Shown here: positions 61,191-64,000 of the stretch, piece by piece
Position numbering within the stretch: the stretch's first letter is position 1
Layout of the letters: each line of letters begins with the position of its first letter
Assembly (NCBI GenBank): GCA_963667035.1
Contig: OY762964.1
Coordinates: 2,848,001 to 2,912,000 of the forward strand
From: Candidatus Cloacimonadales bacterium
GTDB lineage: Bacteria; Cloacimonadota; Cloacimonadia; Cloacimonadales; JAFGVF01
Reading direction: 5' to 3'
DNA: 64,000 nt
Translations under genes and position numbers: made by a program
The notes under the pieces: model-generated
What the model was told of the DNA's origin: nothing
The model's database searches: none
The model's input: only the letters and a program-made list of their open reading frames with translations

Positions 61191-62993
61191 ATGCAATTTA
61201 CGCTTACTAAGCTAAAAGATCTGATTAAAGTCTTTAGTAATTTTGAACGATCTAAAATACTTAGTATAGCAGTTCATAATATTGCTGAACTTTTAGATTC
61301 TAAAGGTTGCTCTATATTCCTTTATGACGATATTAGTGATCGTATTACATTAGCTGAGACAACAGGTTTGTTAAACACCAATGGTAAATCAGTATTCTAT
61401 GAGAAAGGTGAAGGATTAACAGGTTGGGTTTTTAAACATAGACGTCCTCTTCTTCTCACAAACTTATTGGAGCTAGATCAAACTAAGCTAAAAGAGAAAT
61501 ACGGTAATGATATCTACTTAAAGAACAAATACACAGAAGGGAGAACTTCCGAGATTTGTTCATGGATGGGAGTTCCGATAATCTCTGATTCAGAAAGATT
61601 TTATGGTGTATTGAGAACATCATCTATGGAAGATGATTTTACTACTGACCAATTGGAATTACTATTTGATATTGGTAACTACCTTGGAATTGCTCTTGAG
61701 AATAGTGATCGCTACCTTCAGCAACAAAAAAAAGCGGACTACTTTAGAATGCTAACTGAAGTAGGAATGCTTCTTCATACATATTATAAACAAGATGAAC
61801 TCTTGAATTATGTTTCAAAAGCACTGGTAAAAACATTTTCGTCCGAATCTTGTGAAATCTATTTAAGAGAGGACGATAACTCAAATAATCTAATCCTAAA
61901 ATCAGGATATGGAGTTCCTGAAGAGCTTATTAATAATGCTTCTCATAAGATTGGTGAAGGTCTTACCGGGACTCTTGTAAAAGAAAACAAGATTATAAGG
62001 TTAAAAAATGTACTTACATTCAGTAAATACAAAGGTAAGTACAGGAATAAAATGAAAGAGAATTTAAAGTATGGAGACAGACTAGCATTTCTAGGTATTC
62101 CAATTGCAGTTAAAACTCGAGTTATAGGTTGCATTAAGTTATATAATAAAATTCCTAAGTATCCGGGAGAACAAAACTGGTTTACTGAAGATGACGAAAG
62201 ATATTTAGCTGTTCTTGGATACATGCTCTCAGTTGCTCTTGAGAATATACAATACATCGATAGTATGGAAAACTCCGCCCGACAAATAGTCAAAACTCAA
62301 CGTTTAACTGCATTAGGAACAATGGCTATCCGATTACCTAATGAAATTACAAACTCACTCACAACAGCACAACTCAATATTAAGAATATCCTCAATAGAA
62401 TTGAATCTGACCAGTTAACAGATGAAAAACTTCTGAAACTTCTTAGAAGTACGGAAACTAATCTTCGTGAAGTTGCTTCGGGAGTACAGAATCTCCATGA
62501 GTTCTCAACAAAAGCCGGATTTACTAAAATAGTGAAGAATTGGCAAGAGTTACTGGATGAGAGCTTGCTTTTCTTAAGCGAACATATTCTTCAAAAAAAG
62601 ATAAACCTTGTACGTAACAAAATAAAGGACAATAACATTCAGATTCATGTAGAGCCGAATGAGATTACCGAAGTACTTATAAATCTTATGATGTATGCCA
62701 TAGCTCATATTAAGCATTTTGACAGTAAGCTGTTTATTACGGTTCAACACAACCAAGCAAATAGAGTAATATTAACTACAATTGAGTCCACAGATAGTAC
62801 TGGAAAACCGGAATTCGATAAAACAGAAGTAGGAGTAGAATATGAAAGTGATATTGTTACTCCCCAAAGGTTTATGCTTGATGTAGCAATGGACATTGTG
62901 AAAAACAACTATAATGGTAAAGTGATGTTGGAGCAAAAAAATAACGGGGTAGTCATTCAATTACTCATTCCTCAAGGAGAGACAGGAGTATAA
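61191..62993 (+). CDS. Tandem-GAF sensor with a degenerate (pseudo) histidine-kinase module
   Basis: Two GAF domains (GEGLTGW, GEGLTGT); H-box reads LPNEITNSL; N and G boxes degenerate. Confidence 0.75.
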   Translation: MQFTLTKLKDLIKVFSNFERSKILSIAVHNIAELLDSKGCSIFLYDDISDRITLAETTGLLNTNGKSVFYEKGEGLTGWVFKHRRPLLLTNLLELDQTKLKEKYGNDIYLKNKYTEGRTSEICSWMGVPIISDSERFYGVLRTSSMEDDFTTDQLELLFDIGNYLGIALENSDRYLQQQKKADYFRMLTEVGMLLHTYYKQDELLNYVSKALVKTFSSESCEIYLREDDNSNNLILKSGYGVPEELINNASHKIGEGLTGTLVKENKIIRLKNVLTFSKYKGKYRNKMKENLKYGDRLAFLGIPIAVKTRVIGCIKLYNKIPKYPGEQNWFTEDDERYLAVLGYMLSVALENIQYIDSMENSARQIVKTQRLTALGTMAIRLPNEITNSLTTAQLNIKNILNRIESDQLTDEKLLKLLRSTETNLREVASGVQNLHEFSTKAGFTKIVKNWQELLDESLLFLSEHILQKKINLVRNKIKDNNIQIHVEPNEITEVLINLMMYAIAHIKHFDSKLFITVQHNQANRVILTTIESTDSTGKPEFDKTEVGVEYESDIVTPQRFMLDVAMDIVKNNYNGKVMLEQKNNGVVIQLLIPQGETGV

Positions 62994-62995
62994 GC

Positions 62996-64000
62996 ATGTT
63001 TAAAAAAGACATTTTAATCATAGATGATAGTCTTTCTTTCTCGGAAAGTATTTGTGATTTACTTGAATTCGAAGAACCTGATTGGTCAATAACTAGAATT
63101 CATTCCGGAAATGAAGGTGTTGAGGAACTAATTAACAGCGAATATAAAGTCATACTTCTTGATTTGAAAATGCCTGGAATGAGTGGTTTGGAAGTGTTGG
63201 AAAGTTTAAACAAAACAGAAGTGATTAAACGAAACTATATAATCATTCTTACAGGAGAAATTACTATTGAAAATGCTGTCAACACTCTTAAATACGGAGC
63301 AAGAGACTTTATTCAAAAAAATACGGTTGTTGATTATACTGAATCATTTCTGACAAGTATTAAAAAGGGTTTCGAATGGCAAAAAGAACGACTCCATAAT
63401 GAAGAACTTGTAAGAGAAAAAGAAAAAGCTATTGAGGAATCAAGATTGTTAGTTAAAAGTGTCGGACATGATATGTCCGGTTCTTACTATGCATCTTTGA
63501 TGCTAAAACTTCAAATGCTAAAAAAGAAAATGCAGGGTATTATAAATGTTTATCATAATCAGATTTTGCCTGAAACTGAAAAATGCGAAATCAGCAACGA
63601 ACTAAAAGCTAGTTTCGAAACAATGGAGAAAGCTATAATTGATGCTCAGGATAGAAGTGAAAGTGTTATACTTCTACTTTCCTTTTTCAAAGAACTTGGC
63701 GAAAATCTGAAACAATTAGGGGATGCAATTGGCATACCACACCGTCCAAGAAAGAAAGTTAATCTTAACGCAATAATTCATACGGCACTCCATTCCTACT
63801 CCGAATCCAGAATTATAGAGAAACCTCAGATTCAAGTTTTTGAATATTATTCCGAAACTCCTGTTGAATTGGTAGCTTCCGAGGAAGATTTAACAAGAGT
63901 GGTTATGAACTTAATTGAGAATGCTTTCAAGGCAATGCCTGAGAAAGGAGAGTTAAAACTTAGAACATGGTCTGATAAACAATATGTCTATGCTTCAATT
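62996..64000 (+). CDS. Hybrid response regulator-histidine kinase, 3'-truncated by the window edge (not in the ORF track)
   Basis: ATG 62996: MFKKDILIIDDS...LLDLKMPGMSG...GARDFIQK; H-box-like VGHDMSG; N-box NLIENAFKAM. Confidence 0.88.
   Translation, partial: MFKKDILIIDDSLSFSESICDLLEFEEPDWSITRIHSGNEGVEELINSEYKVILLDLKMPGMSGLEVLESLNKTEVIKRNYIIILTGEITIENAVNTLKYGARDFIQKNTVVDYTESFLTSIKKGFEWQKERLHNEELVREKEKAIEESRLLVKSVGHDMSGSYYASLMLKLQMLKKKMQGIINVYHNQILPETEKCEISNELKASFETMEKAIIDAQDRSESVILLLSFFKELGENLKQLGDAIGIPHRPRKKVNLNAIIHTALHSYSESRIIEKPQIQVFEYYSETPVELVASEEDLTRVVMNLIENAFKAMPEKGELKLRTWSDKQYVYASI

Overview
AT-rich bacterial chromosomal window. Gene content suggests an anaerobic FCB-group lineage such as Cloacimonadota (inference): NYPNPFNP C-terminal sorting domains, PorX, gingipain-like C25 proteases and lnt. 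It is mostly housekeeping: radical SAM/rmuC, rseP-tgt-panB, rpmH-rnpA-yidD-yidC-jag, and recJ-lnt. It also holds a divergent Fe-S (Rrf2-iscS-iscU) / selenium (csd-selD-DUF3343-yedF) locus, signalling proteins and one complete IS4-type element. Features the ORF track misses or mis-calls: (1) a sigma54-type -24/-12 motif upstream of all three secreted CTD proteins, including a neighbouring Rgp-like and Kgp-like protease pair; (2) a UGA-recoded selenoprotein SelD with a SECIS hairpin; (3) a ~250-nt G.U-rich structured RNA candidate between the proteases; (4) two 'drifting' 11-bp tandem arrays in divergent promoter regions; (5) a PorV-like gene frameshifted by a 17-bp duplication; (6) a probable AUU start for tgt; (7) a REP-like element next to an hsdM remnant; (8) an IscS with altered active-site residues; (9) a pseudo-histidine kinase; and (10) rpmH. 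No tRNA, rRNA or CRISPR array was seen. All family assignments come from motif recognition, not database searches.
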